A stretch of 64,000 nucleotides of DNA from Sphagnum compactum (lineage: Eukaryota): NCBI GenBank assembly GCA_965153455.1, contig OZ234493.1:9724213-9788212 (forward strand), read 5' to 3'. Every line of letters begins with the position of its first letter. Within the stretch, counting starts at the first letter, position 1. The notes below the pieces were generated by a model, which was not told where the DNA came from, ran no database searches, and was given only the letters and a program-made list of their open reading frames with translations. The position numbers and the translations under genes were made by a program. Positions 13,700-26,823 of the stretch are shown here, in pieces.

Positions 13700-15990
13700 A
13701 ATTAATTATGAAAAAATTAGATGAACAAAGGATAAATTGAAAACCCCATGGTAGAAGTTTGACAACTTGGGCACTTTTTTGTGTTAATGATGAATCACCA
13801 GTTAATGTTAATGTGTTACAGGTTGTGTTGTATTTTATGTTATAATAGACTAGTAGGTCAACCTGTAATATTGGAAAAAAGAACAAAATTAGGAAAAGAT
13901 TTGTTTCATATTTCAAGGAATAATGGGATAATTTCATTAAAAAATGTATGGATGCAAACCACAGACAAATTGCCAAAAAAATTCAGGAAGTGAATATTAG
14001 TTTGAAAAGTCCATTGGAAAGACAATTTGCAAAAAAAAGGCCTAAAATGAGTGCAAGTGCATTTTTTATTTATTTTGGGGCAATAGATCCTTACTAAAAG
14101 GATAATGCACACTATAATTTTTTTGTTTATTAGTTGTCAAAAACCATTTGCCCATTCAGTTTGTGGAAAATATCGAATTGAAGTGTTTGGTAATGTAGTT
14201 ATACTTTTCATGCTTTTTCCTTTCGAAAAAAACCTTTAATTAGGAAGTGTTACTATATTTGGCTAAAAAGAAAAAAAAAATGTTTGACTAGTTTTGGCAA
14301 TGTGTTTTGTTATACAAGTTTTGATTTGTGAATGTCCGAAGGGGCACATGATGTAAATTTGCATTGGTTGTAAATTTCTTGGGAAGATATTCGATGCAAA
14401 GACACATTACTATTGTTTTATTCGAAGCATTTGAAACATCAAGGAAAACATTGGCAAGAAGTTTGCAAGACCTTTTAAAGAAGTATGGTTTGACTAGAAA
14501 GATCCTTGCTTATGTTAAAGATGAAAGAGCAAATTTGAATATAATGACAATTGTCTTGAAGTCAATAGTAAGTTGTGAAGCTTTAGATGTGATGGAAAGT
14601 TTTTATGGGACTTGCTTTTGGCATACCTTCTCTAAGGCTTGTCAATATGCAATTGTTGAATTTTTTTTTTTGAGGGGTTTGAAATATTTTCCATTAAATT
14701 TGCCTAGGCAAATTTGTAAAACTTTATCACATGGCCTAAAGTTAGGGAAACAAAAACAAGAATGATGCAAGCATGCACTATTGTAGGCTTCAAGCTTAAA
14801 AACTTGAACACACCAATTAAAATAAAGTAAAATGCGAGTTATTTTGTTCTAGTTTTCTTTCCCCTTTTATTGTTTTGAATTTTTGTATTCCAAAATGTTG
14901 CCTTTTAATTGGGAATGTGAATTGTGTAGGGTTGTAAGCAAAATGATCATGTGCTTTTCGGAAGCCTTTCAATTTGGAGAAACCATTACCTTTTGTTATA
15001 TCAAGTACATTGGTCTTAGGGTCACTAACTGTGTTCCCCCTCCACCCAAATCGCATATATCATAGATTATTGTAAACATTTTATTTCTTGTTGTCATTAC
15101 TTGCATTTTAAACCAATCCAAAGCTTATTGGTGTTTGAATGATTCTAATTGGAATGTAGACATATCCATGAGTTTAAAATTAAAAGAAAAAATGAACCAT
15201 GTCTCCCTACATTGATTGCTTTAATTAATGATGATGATTTGGCTTGAATATTGAGTTGGGAGCTTTTGCAAAAAACATTAAGAAGGAAGTCATTGGGGTC
15301 ATTGACTTTTTCTTTACCTTCTTGACAAAATACAATGAGAGAAGAATGCATAATATGTTAGCATTGTTGTTACATCCTAGTATCAAAAGTTTGAAATTGA
15401 TTTATTCTTTTATTGGTTGTGAACATAGGGTGGCCATAGCAAAAGAATATGATAGGAAATCCTACTTTTTTATGCTCTTAAAATCTTATCATGATTTGCA
15501 TCCATTGCTTCATGCTAAATGTTCCTTTGTTCCCAAAATTGATGAAGGTAACCATTTTTGAAATGGTGGTTAACACTAGTGAACTTGCAAAGGAGTTTGT
15601 TAGTGTAGAATTGTTGATATTTCAAAAAAATCAAGTGGATGCAAAAATGATATCAAATGCCCTTTGGAATGGTAGAGGAAACATGAAACCATTTTCTCAA
15701 TTGTTGGCTTTTTAGCTATTTAGCTAGACAAATATTAGGGATTGTAGTTCTTCAAATTGAAATTAAAAGAATATTTTCCCTTGTTAGAATTCTTATCAAT
15801 TTGAAGAGATGTCATTTATAACGAGATAACTTTGAAAAATTGATCTTTTTGAGAAATAATTGGCCAAATGATGCAAGGGTGGCTTGTAAGGTTCTTAATA
15901 ATTTCGTAAAATTGATAGATTTCGACTTAGACTTAAAGTAGGAATTAGATGAGTTTGAAGGTTCATTTGAATGAGATGAATTAAAAGTGA
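13700..15990 (+). mobile_element. Degenerate hAT-superfamily transposase
   Basis: BED-finger-like W..F...C..CY...NG...LK.H region; SFDL*MS; HITIVLFE; KILAYVKDE(G)ANL; GTCF(G)HTFSKACQY; C-terminal dimerisation-type LARQILGI...IE.KRIFS...NWPND. Many stops and frameshifts. Confidence 0.8.
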
Positions 15991-17749
15991 CCTTTAATGT
16001 CATTTGTTTGTTTTGTATATCTTTGAAATGTGATCACATATTTTTGTTTAAATATTGAAGGTTTGTATGAACCTTGCTGATTTACTTTTGGCCCTACGAA
16101 AATTTAATTTTTTTTAAAGATCTGAATCCAAAAATCTTAAAGTGAAATTAAAGAACCCACTTAGTATAACAAACTAATTGAAATGAATTAAGAACTGGTT
16201 GTGAAAGAATTAATTGGGCATGAGGAAAAATAAAAATAAAGAACAAGATAAGGTATGAATATTTGGAAATTAGACTAGGTAGTTATGAAAACAAATTAAT
16301 AATTGCCCAACATTAGTTTGGACTGTCAATTGTATATTTCATATCAAGGAGCTTTCAATTTTCTTTCTAGTTTCCCAAGTTCCACCCATAAACTTGAAAA
16401 TTGAAATTGGAAAAGGTGAAAGGTTGATAATGTGAAACTACCTAGATCAATCATTATGATTGACCAATTATAAAGATGAAGTAACAATCAAAATTATTAA
16501 ACTTTTCCAAGGCTTGAGGATGTGCATTTTCTCCAAGTTAAAGTAGTCTTTGGATGGGCCCATTGGATATGACATTTGTTACACCTCATCCAAGATTTCT
16601 AATGTATAACAATTTATGGCATGCATGTGGAAACGTTTGGATTTGTAACTAATTGAAAAAGAGAAGTGAAACCCATATTAACACAAAAGTCAACAATCAA
16701 GTAGGAAGGTCAAAAGAAGATAAAGTATTCAAGAAACACGATAGACCTAAATGGATGAAAAATAACCTTAATGGAATAAGATTACATGAAGAAAAGCCTA
16801 AATGAATGAAGGGAACCATCCACAAAGACACTAATTGTGAAGGGATGGATGATTTTTAGATTTTTTAACAATTTATTTTGGGGTATCTATGATAGAAAAT
16901 TTTCAAACCTTATTTTAGAATTACTTTAATGTTATAATCCAATGTTGATTGGTTCTTGATTTTAAAAGAACTGTCATATTTGGATATAAAGCTTTTTGAA
17001 AAATGGGAAACCTTCTAGTCTTGGGTTTAATGAATATTTTCAAAAAATAAAAATTGTAAGTTTCAAGGCTACTTGTCAAATTCCTTTGACCATCATTTTT
17101 GGGTTTGATTTTTTCCTTGAAACTCACAAATTTTAATTTTTGAAATTATGAATGTTAAACAAGAGTATGCTATATCAACACATTTATAAAATAGAAAGCC
17201 TTATTGAGGCTAGGCCAATTGAAAGTGTAGGATAATACCCCAAGATGAGGGGTTTCATAAAATAAAGGTCCTCCCTAGATGGTAGCTAAGGTCCAAGGAT
17301 TGAACCCGCATGGGAATATCAATGTATGAAGGCATTAAATCCCATATAATGATTTGCAATGGGTGGTTCTCACTTTTTTGTACAAACTTTTAGTTCTAGT
17401 TTTCTAAAACCAATATTTTCCATAAAAGACAATTAGTTATGGTATCAAACTTTTGGAAAAAAATTCAACTACTTCTTTAAATGCTAATTTTCACAAATTG
17501 AAGAACAAGAAATTCTCAAAAATAATTTTCGCAAATCAATTATTAATATTTCAATTCTTTCTAGCAAAATGATTTCATTATTTTTAATTAATTTTTTCCC
17601 AAAAAGTAGTAAAATAACAAAGAGTGAATATATATATTTATTTATTTATTTATTTTCTTCCATAATTTCATATGTTCACAATTTCATCCCGTTCAAATGA
17701 ACCTTGAAATAATTTTGATTGTTCTTTTAACTTTAGAAACTTTTCAATT

Positions 17750-19600
17750 AACACCAAATTAAAAGGTGATTTGCAAAAATACCAAAACTGCAATCTTCTT
17801 CAATTGCTAAATCCGCCCAACCAACTTCAAATTTTAACATAGTATGTAAATGATTATGACATTTGATAAGCATGGGATATAAAGATCCCTTGTCATATTC
17901 TTCAACAATAGCTACACCTTCATAGCCAATATAAAATGATACTAGATGAAAGTTTTTAAAATTAGGGTCTAACATCAAAGACAACATGCTCTAGGTTTTT
18001 TTGACATCATATTTCCTTAGAAAGGGAAGAAAAAATCCAACACCCCCAATACCTCATTTTTCACATTAGAAGTTAACAAAAAAAACTAAAAAGCAACCCC
18101 AATATCATCATCTACAAAATTGATTAAGGTTGGTTAGATTCAACTTCTTCCTTCAATAAAAACACATCTTTATTATAGAATGCAATGCATCATTCAATAG
18201 TTAATGGCTTCAATATCAATTTAAAACACAAGCATTCACAATTGGGGAGAGACATTTAACAATTAATTTGAAAAATGTGCCATGTAAGATGAGGAAACAT
18301 TTTCCCATTGATTTTGATAGAAAATTGTTTGTTGTAACAAAAGGTAATAACATTTAAAAAAGGCAAAGCCTTTTGGAACATGATCACTTTGGAAGCAAAC
18401 TTAACATTCAATGTTGATATTTTCAAACTATAGCTCAAATAAAAAACCTAAAATCTAAATGAACTATGTTCAAATAATTTTTTACAATCATTAAAAAAAA
18501 TTATCTTGTGTTAATTAGAGTGTTTAATTATTTTTTACATATATTAAACTCTTCATAAACCTTTTCGTCCATTCTTGTCTACTTATTTTAGACTTCTTAG
18601 GCCAAGTTATACATTTTGGTAAATCTAATTCATTGGACTTAATAGAAACATACTTGAGATTTTGACACATTTAAATTTATTTTTTTCACATATTGGCAAG
18701 CTTTAGGGAAAACATGGCCAAAATACGAATCTTAAAACATTCCTCCAAACCAAAACATTTACAAACCATAATAGATTTTAAATCAGTTGTCACAACATAA
18801 GAATTTTTTTCTTCAACCCATATTCATCCAATAATTGTATCAAATTTCTTGCTAAGATTTATTAATAATTGTTGTTGTTTCAAACAAACTAATGGTGGCA
18901 TGATTTGGTTTCTAATTAGCTTTTAAAAACATTTTCACAAGAGCAAAAATGTGATGTGCACTTTGAAAAATCCATAAATTAAACCTTCCTATTGGAATAT
19001 TGCAAACTTTGACTAATTTTGATAAACCATAGTCTTGTTTTTTTTCTCCACCAAGTTAAGCAACACCTATTAATTTATTTTTTCTTAACAGAAAGACCAT
19101 TTGAGGACATAAATGCAAGGCTAGACACTTCATCTAAATACTTTCCAAAAATTGCATTGGCAAATGATTTTTGACAATAAAAAAACCCAAGTTTTGAAAA
19201 ACATATTTTTGTTGCCTGTTATCTTCTTTCAAGGGATTTTTTCAAAAAAAAAAATTGAAATTTGTCCATTAGACAAATTGGAGCTTTATTTAGTTGATTA
19301 ATTACCTTTGAACATTTTTTCTTAATGGACTATTGACCTCTTTTTCAGTTTTAATAAAAATAATGACATGGTTTGCATTCACATGTTTGTTGAAAGTTAT
19401 TATACCATTTGTTTCAAAATATGAAATTAACCCTTTTCTTGCTTAAATTATGATTAAATACATTGATAAGATTGTTGTAACAAAAAATACATCACATCAT
19501 TTGAAGATTGTTATGATCAATGTCTTTGTTATTATTAACATAAAAAACCCAACAAAATGCATTTCTACCATGTGGTCTACATTTAATTCTTTGAGCATGC
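17750..19600 (-). mobile_element. Second degenerate hAT transposase of the same family, opposite strand
   Basis: Minus-strand fragments YFGHVFPKACQY (~18690-18725), FASKVIMFQKAL and MLSLMLDPNFKN...VAIVEEYDKGSLYPML, all parallel to the copy at 13700-15990. BED-like CW.FY...CIFCY near 19480-19560. Confidence 0.75.
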
Positions 19601-22600
19601 AACTTTTAAAGGTTCATTTTCATTATTTTTTTCCATTTTTAGGAACTCTATTGCTTTTTATTTCCAAATTGGGATAATATGTAGACATTTTTTTCCCATA
19701 GGAACATCATTGAATTTTTTTTCACATGCTCCATTTTTAGTTGAAATTATATTTTCATTTCATTTGACTATTCCATTTTTCAATAAGTTTTCAAGAGTGT
19801 TATTCAACAAGAGTGAAAAAATCGAAACAAGAGATTGTTTTGCAAAGATGTTTTTTAATTTCTTATTTGAAAATTGATTTAACTATTTCGAGCCTAAAGG
19901 TTAAAATAACTTAACCTTTCTCTCTTTATGTAAAAAATGAGTATGCAAAATGAAGTGTAAGGGTTAAAACAATGCAAAAAAAAGTATGAATCCTATAACC
20001 AACAAACATATTTGTTGATGTTTGAATGCTACCAAGTTTAATAAAAAATATAAATTGAAATTGGAACATAAAAAAGTAAGTTCACCTAAATAAATGAAAT
20101 ATAAAAACATTAACATCTAGACAAAATAATAAAAAATTACAAGCATAGTTTGAAAATCATACATAAAAAAACAATTCAATGGTGGATCCAATCTCATTGC
20201 TCCTTGTAATAGCAAGTGGGGGGGAAGTACCAAACCACCAAAAGAAGTAACAACAAGGGAAACCAAACAACAACATGAAAGGATTTGAGTAGCACACATG
20301 GGAGCTTGGTAAAAAAGGTACCTAAGCTGGGAGGAATCAAATAACAACATGAGGAGTGAACAATAATGCAAGAGGACCCAAGTGGCAAGTGGCAACCAAG
20401 AAAACCAAACCAACAACTGAGAAGAGTTACTCTTTGTTCAATAACAACACAAGAAGACCCAATAACAATGTAAGAAGACCCCAATAGTAATGTAAAAGGG
20501 CTTGAACAACAACAATGCAAAATGATTTGAACAACAATAACACAAGAGGACACAAATAGTAGCAATGCAAAAGGACTTGAATAGCAATGCAAGAGGGGCT
20601 ATTCATTGTTAAACAATGAAGAAAGAAGACTTGAGGAGCAACATCACAAGAAAATTCAAGCAACAACACAAGAGGAGCTATTTGTTGCCAAGTAACAACA
20701 TAAGATGGTGAATGCATGGTATGGTGGTTCACTTTGTGCATCACGCACATGATTTTTATAGGCTACCTTTAGTTTGAACACCTATGGCAAAAAAATTGCT
20801 TACATTTGTTTATTGGCCATTATATCTACATTAACAACTTGATTATTAATATACATGTACAATTTTTTTCAAAAAATGTACATTCATTTTTAATAATGGA
20901 CTTTCGAAATTAAAATTATGGATTGACCAACTGATTGGATTGAAATAAGATTGAAATCTTGACATTGAATTTCATTTCAAACCATTTATAGGGATTCAAT
21001 ATATGATATAATTTCAAACTCATATGTGGAATCCTTGCTTCAAAAGCTTCAGCCAAAATTGAGTTATGAACTTTTGAATGATAAAATTTGGGGCTTTTTT
21101 TCATAAGTCCTTATAAGTTGCAATTTTTTTAGGTTTTAGTTTTTTTTTTCGTTGTAGCAAATGGCATTGAAATATTTAAGTGGCTACTTTTTCGTTGAGT
21201 TTATTAGTTTAAATCACTATGTAATCTTTTATTTAATTATTGATATAATAATAAACAACCATTTTAACACTATTGAATATACTTTTATGGAGTATTTTAT
21301 CTGCCAAAATTGAGCCACCCATGCATTCATCCAAGAGGACCCAAACAATAACATAAGAAGAGTTGACTAGTAATGCAAGAGGATCCAAACAACAACATAA
21401 AAGGAGCCAACCATCAACACAAGAGGACCAACACAAAAGGAGCTGAACGAATTTTTAAAAAAGTCAATTTACTAATTCACAAAACTCTAACCTTTAATGT
21501 AGAAAACAAATTGATTAACAAAAATGAGACCAAGATTTTTTATCTTGTTTTTGAAGACTAAAGAAAAAACTTTAACTTTCAATGGCTATGGAAGTGTTGC
21601 CTGAAACCTAAGACCTTACAATATTTTTGTTTTAAAAACCTAAGATACCTAGGTGAAAACTATATGCTAGCTTTTTTAAATATCATGTTAGGGTATCCAT
21701 TTTTTGAAAGTTAGATAAAAGGGCAAGGTTCAAGGTCACTTTTCACCTTAATGACACCATGTGAGTTGGATATTAATTACGAAATCATTCCTAGTGAGAA
21801 CTAACTTGAACTCTTGATGAGTTTTCATTTCATTTTTGATATTTGTCAAACATTAGTAATGATTTGATGAAGCATTATTTTTCAAATTTCTTCTGATATC
21901 TTGTGAATATTGTGGGGAAGAAAGGGAATTAAAAAATAAAATGATAACATGCATTTGAGAAAATGAAATGCCCTTCATTTGGCAAAGGCAATATTGTTGT
22001 AAATGACATGCCTTGCATTTATGTAAAAAGATTTTAGTTAGGTCATTCCTAATATTGTGAAAATTTTCATTTTAAGAGAACGTCATATCTTGGTTTTGGT
22101 TTTTTTTATTAAAATGGAGGTTCTTTAGGTGTGGGTTTGAGTTTGATTATTCTCATTTTTTAAACATTGTGATTTTGGTTCTAGCACATGTTTTTTAATT
22201 CAAAAAGATCCTTTGAAATTAGTTCAAAACTAAATCTAGTTCCATGTACACATTACACACTCCCTTATGGGCAATATTGTTTAAATAAAAAGTTTTATAA
22301 CAAATTAAAACCAGGATCTATATAGGTATGAAAATTAAAAATTAATACAAGATAAATATTTAACTTTGAAGTTGAACCTACTTCTCAACTTTTAAAAAAA
22401 AAATCAGCTTCGCCTACTTAAAGAACTTACCCCTCCTTCCTTCCTTTGACGATGGACTTTTCATGATTCTGGTTTTGAGTTTAGATCTAGCAAAAGAAGA
22501 CTAGTTCCAGAGTTGAATTCTTGTGTTGGTTCCAACAAGAAGGGTTTATGCTCGGGTCCAAATCACAAGAATCTAATTTTGAACCCTCGATTTTAACACT

Positions 22601-22633
22601 GAAAACCAAATGCCCTCAAACTTTGGTCATTAA

Positions 22634-22967
22634 CAATGTTGGGTGGTTCTCAGAATGAGGGACGGATACCCATCAATTATCAACCCAATTTTATATACTC
22701 ATTTATTCACTGGGTTCTCAAAAAATCAAATAACCGATGGTTCTTAAAAACTGAAAAAAAATGGTCAAAGAATTGGCCAGAGAACCATTCATTCTTTGCC
22801 CAGGTCTTCCATGAAAATCACTTGTTCCTTAAGGTTTTCAAAGTAACCAAAAATGACAAAGCCTGAATTTTTGTCAAAGATCCAAAACGAGCAATTCTTT
22901 GATCCGGGAATATTAAAAGAACCTGAAGTGGTGATTCTGTGAAAATTCAACGAACCGCTCAACACTG
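22634..22967. mobile_element. hAT-type MITE (334 bp)
   Basis: TIRs CAATGTTGGGTGGTTC / GAACCGCTCAACACTG; 8-bp TSD GTCATTAA/GTCATTAT. A related end is at 35491-35503. Confidence 0.78.
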
Positions 22968-25900
22968 GTCATTATGGTCCAAGGGAGGATTCCGCATACA
23001 CGCTTTTGACTTTTGAAGTTCAAATACAACAAATTAGGATACAAATAAATCATTTGGATCAATAGAGAGTTATTGGTAAAGTCACACTATCTTCTTCACC
23101 CAGTCTTTGGGCCTGCTTTCACCTCCTATCCCCTCTTTCAGTGGGTATCCGCAAAGTGGAAATTTTATTATATCTCAGTGTGAAATGAAATGATGAAACT
23201 CAGTTTACCACCAAAACTAGTTTGGGTCCCAGTTATTTCGTTTTGTAAAATTTTCATTCCCAGTTATGTGTTCAATACCCTATTCTTTTGAAACTCGTCA
23301 TTCTCGCCCCCTAACCATGTGACTTTACAAATAACTCTCATATGTAATATATATATTGGTCCTTGATTTTCCTGGCATTTCCAAGCTTAAAAAAGGGTAT
23401 GCATATCCAAAGTCTATTGAACTTGCAAAGCAGTGTCTTTTTGGTACGTGGTAATCTAGCTGAAGTGGTGATCATCCACAAGAAGAAGTAACCAGATCTG
23501 GCTATAACCAGATTGTTTTAAGCATCCTTCTATATTGTTGGCTACCTACTTGAACCTATTATGAAAATCAAGCAATGTTTATTTTACTTTTTTGAGATGT
23601 TGAAAATATAGTGCACCTCTGAAAGGGGGCAAATATGTGGGCCTGCACCAAGAGAAAAGGTTCTTCAGTCACACTTGTTTTGGAGAGTTTTAGCATCAAA
23701 CAAAGGAGTTGCATGGAGCTGTATTTTCTGGGCTCCCTGATTCTCTGGAGGAAAAAAGGAGCAAATGTTTTGTTTTCTCTGGAAAAAAATGTAAAGGAAG
23801 TGGAAAAACATGCTGAAGTGTACAAACTCATGATACCCAGTCTTTCAAGCTGGAAGATGAAGAAGCATTGGGCAGTGGGGCACGCCAGGGAAGGCTCAAA
23901 GGAGTTCCATGATGTGTAGGGTCAAGACTGAGGCCACATTCTTTACTTGAAAAAGGGCCCACACAAAGCAGAGTCAGAGTGTAAAGCCCACTCAATATGA
24001 GATCTGAGTGAGGACTTTTATGAGCAGAAAGACCTGCCAACATCCCCCAAACAGCTGAGGAAAAAGTATGCTAGGTAACATGCCCTCCAGTTACACCAAA
24101 AAAATCTGAGTAGGTCTTTATGCAAAAGTGAAAAACAGGGTCCCTTCCTAAAGTAACAGGGCATCTAAAATGTTTAGAACAATAATAACAAGACAAGAAA
24201 TACGCAGTGTATTTGCTGGGGAATTGAAATGGGTGCTTGGCTTGTTGATACTGGAATCCTGGTATGAACTATTTTGCAAAACATAAAGTAAGTAGACTCA
24301 CTTTCACAACAAAATGCAAACTAAATGCCATTACAAGTTTGGTGCATGGTGCACCTATGGTGCAAAGCAGATCTCTCAAACGAATTAATGCAGGCAGATG
24401 CTCTGACATGTGTATGGTTTTGCAATCATGCATGCACACACAAACCTTTTGAATCAATTGGTGAAGAAAGAATCAGGAAGTTTCACATCAATGTTTTTCT
24501 CATTTTTTTCATTTTTGTGATGTCGCTGAAATGGCTATCATCCACAAGACAAAAGGACATGAAAGTAAAAAAGTTTAAGCATCCTTCACATTTTTGGTTA
24601 CACGCTAGAACCTAGTAGAGAAGTTTGACAATATTTAAAGAGTTTTTTTAAAAAAGCTTGGCAACTAGAAAACTGAAAGATCACAGATATTAGCCATTTT
24701 GGACCAAAATCACCAACTACCTAAAATTTAGCCAGATAAAAAAAACTTTACACAGACACATTGACCCTAGCAAAGACAGTCAAAAGTCCAGAAACTGATT
24801 GGCCCTAAGCTTTGAAGAGAGTCTAAACGTCTAAAGGATCATGTTTTGTACGTAATTTATGTGATTGAGAACCTCTTCCTTGGATAGTGTGTTTTTGGAA
24901 AGTTAGTTTTCAGTATTTGTCCCTACTGGCTTGTTTGGTTGGTTACCCATCTCTGTTTTTCTTTGGGTTTGCTGGCTTGTTGTGCTTTCTGCAAGAGAAT
25001 TATTCAGTTTGTAGTTTGTACATCTGCTATCTGCACCCACTTTTCAGTTTTAAGGTGTACCCAATTCAAATTGCATGGTGCAAGAATAACATACTGATCA
25101 TGGTAAAGGCTACCACACTCCCAGTGCCCATGGAGAGCTCTGAGTGTACGTGGCTCCCGTTCCTATTGTTTTTATTTAATTTAAAAAGTTAACACATCTG
25201 GGGTTGATGCCATAGGGAAGCAAAATCATGGAAATCTTAACTCTATCAAATTATTGACTGCAATGGGCCAAACTAAACTCAGACATATTTGTTGAACAAC
25301 ACAGCTGGTAGGAAAGGTGAAAAATTAGGCTCTCTACTTTGCTAGCCCTGCATTGCTAGGTTCATCATTTTGAGTGAGGCCCCTTATTGAAGTTTAAAAT
25401 CCCTTACTCTCTTAATGAGTAGGCATTAGGATTAATGCACCTTAAACCCACCAATGTCCCACCTATAAACGTTGTAGGATCCCTCCCACCCTTACGAGTA
25501 AACATGATTTGCCACCTCTTTCCTAGCCAGTACATTCACTGATATAAGGTGACCTCCACAAAACTTTTTAAATTTCTCATGGTGCTTTACCAACTTGTTG
25601 GATTCTAAGAACTTGTTTTCTCTTCAGAGGCACCTATCTATCTATTCACATACTAATTATAGATAATATAGACACACACACAAACACCACCCAAGGAAGA
25701 CTTATGTGAAACACACACAAATGCCGTGGTAATGAAGACTTTTGTGTACGGCCCCCAATTTCCCTCCTGTGAACAGTCTCTGATTGTCAAAGGTATGTTT
25801 GTCAAAGCCTGAAAAAAGTCAAGTAAGTTCTCAAGCATGTTTAGGGGTTTTGGAAATGATCTTCTGGAACTAGTCAACAACTTACACTTATTGGTGATCA

Positions 25901-26823
25901 ATTATCAGTAGCAAGATGTTCATGTTTTTGCTTGGGACCAGGATATGATAGCCAACCAATACTTGGAGTCCAAGTACAGGCTAGGAAACCAGGGAGAGGG
26001 TGCTGGTCCCTGGCTGCTGGGAATAGTCAAAGAGGCTTTGATGATGCATCCAGACTATTTGAGGCAACCAGACACAACCATGCCTAATGACAATGAAGAT
26101 GTTTGCTTTCCATCCACACAGAAAGCAATTATGACATCTTCATCCAGGCAGAGAAGGGTTATGGAATCACTGGGCCAATGAGAGCCAAGGGTGGATGAAA
26201 AGTCATGTAACCCCTCCTCTTCTAAAAAAAAACGTGTCATAAGATTATGAGACTTGGAAGGTGTTCAGAGCGTTTGTTTTTCAAGGGAGGAGACTTTTGA
26301 AGCCAGGCAAGTGTGATCATAGATCTATGTAAGCTCATGCAGTAATGTCCAACACTAGGATTCATATGTTAGGAGAGTACTTCCACTACCAAATCTCATG
26401 AATGGTGATGAGGGTGTGCAGAGATCATTTGGAGAAAAAAAAAACAACACTGCATGTTGGAGGTGCTTCACATAGCACTAGAACTGCAGCTTCTGTGACT
26501 TACTAGTCATGATCTAATACCAATTGGGTGGTGATGCAATTTGATGTTTCTGCCTTCCACTCAAGTCTTCAAGCTGCGCCAAAGAAGTCATGAAGGAGTC
26601 TAGAGAGATGAGAGGAGGAACCAGGAGCTGAGGTTGAATGATCAGTCAGTCTTTGCAGAGCTACTACTTTCTTCGGATGAGTACTAACTATGAAAAACAA
26701 GAGATGATGGAACTCCATCGGAGGAAACAAGAAGTTGTAGTATTTGAACAAGCGGACAGTTGGTGATGCAAAGGCGAGAATTTACTGAAAGTTGTGAAGT
26801 ATTCTTCGGTTGGTGTAGTGATC

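Noticed and set aside
20117-20750. Hydrophobic minus-strand ORFs
   Set aside because: They arise from degenerate ACAACAATGCAAGAGG-type repeats (also at ~21320-21440) and show no protein-family signal.
23600-24100. Exon-like, more GC-rich segment
   Set aside because: Stops in all frames, no recognisable domain and no consistent splice chain.
25730-26181. Possible small two-exon gene or upstream exons of the GH16 gene
   Set aside because: Gives only a ~70-aa product with no recognisable motif and cannot be linked in frame to 26824.
26794-26823. GTG start given by the ORF track for the GH16 gene
   Set aside because: Eukaryotic gene; in-frame ATGs at 26824 and 26839 directly precede the signal peptide.
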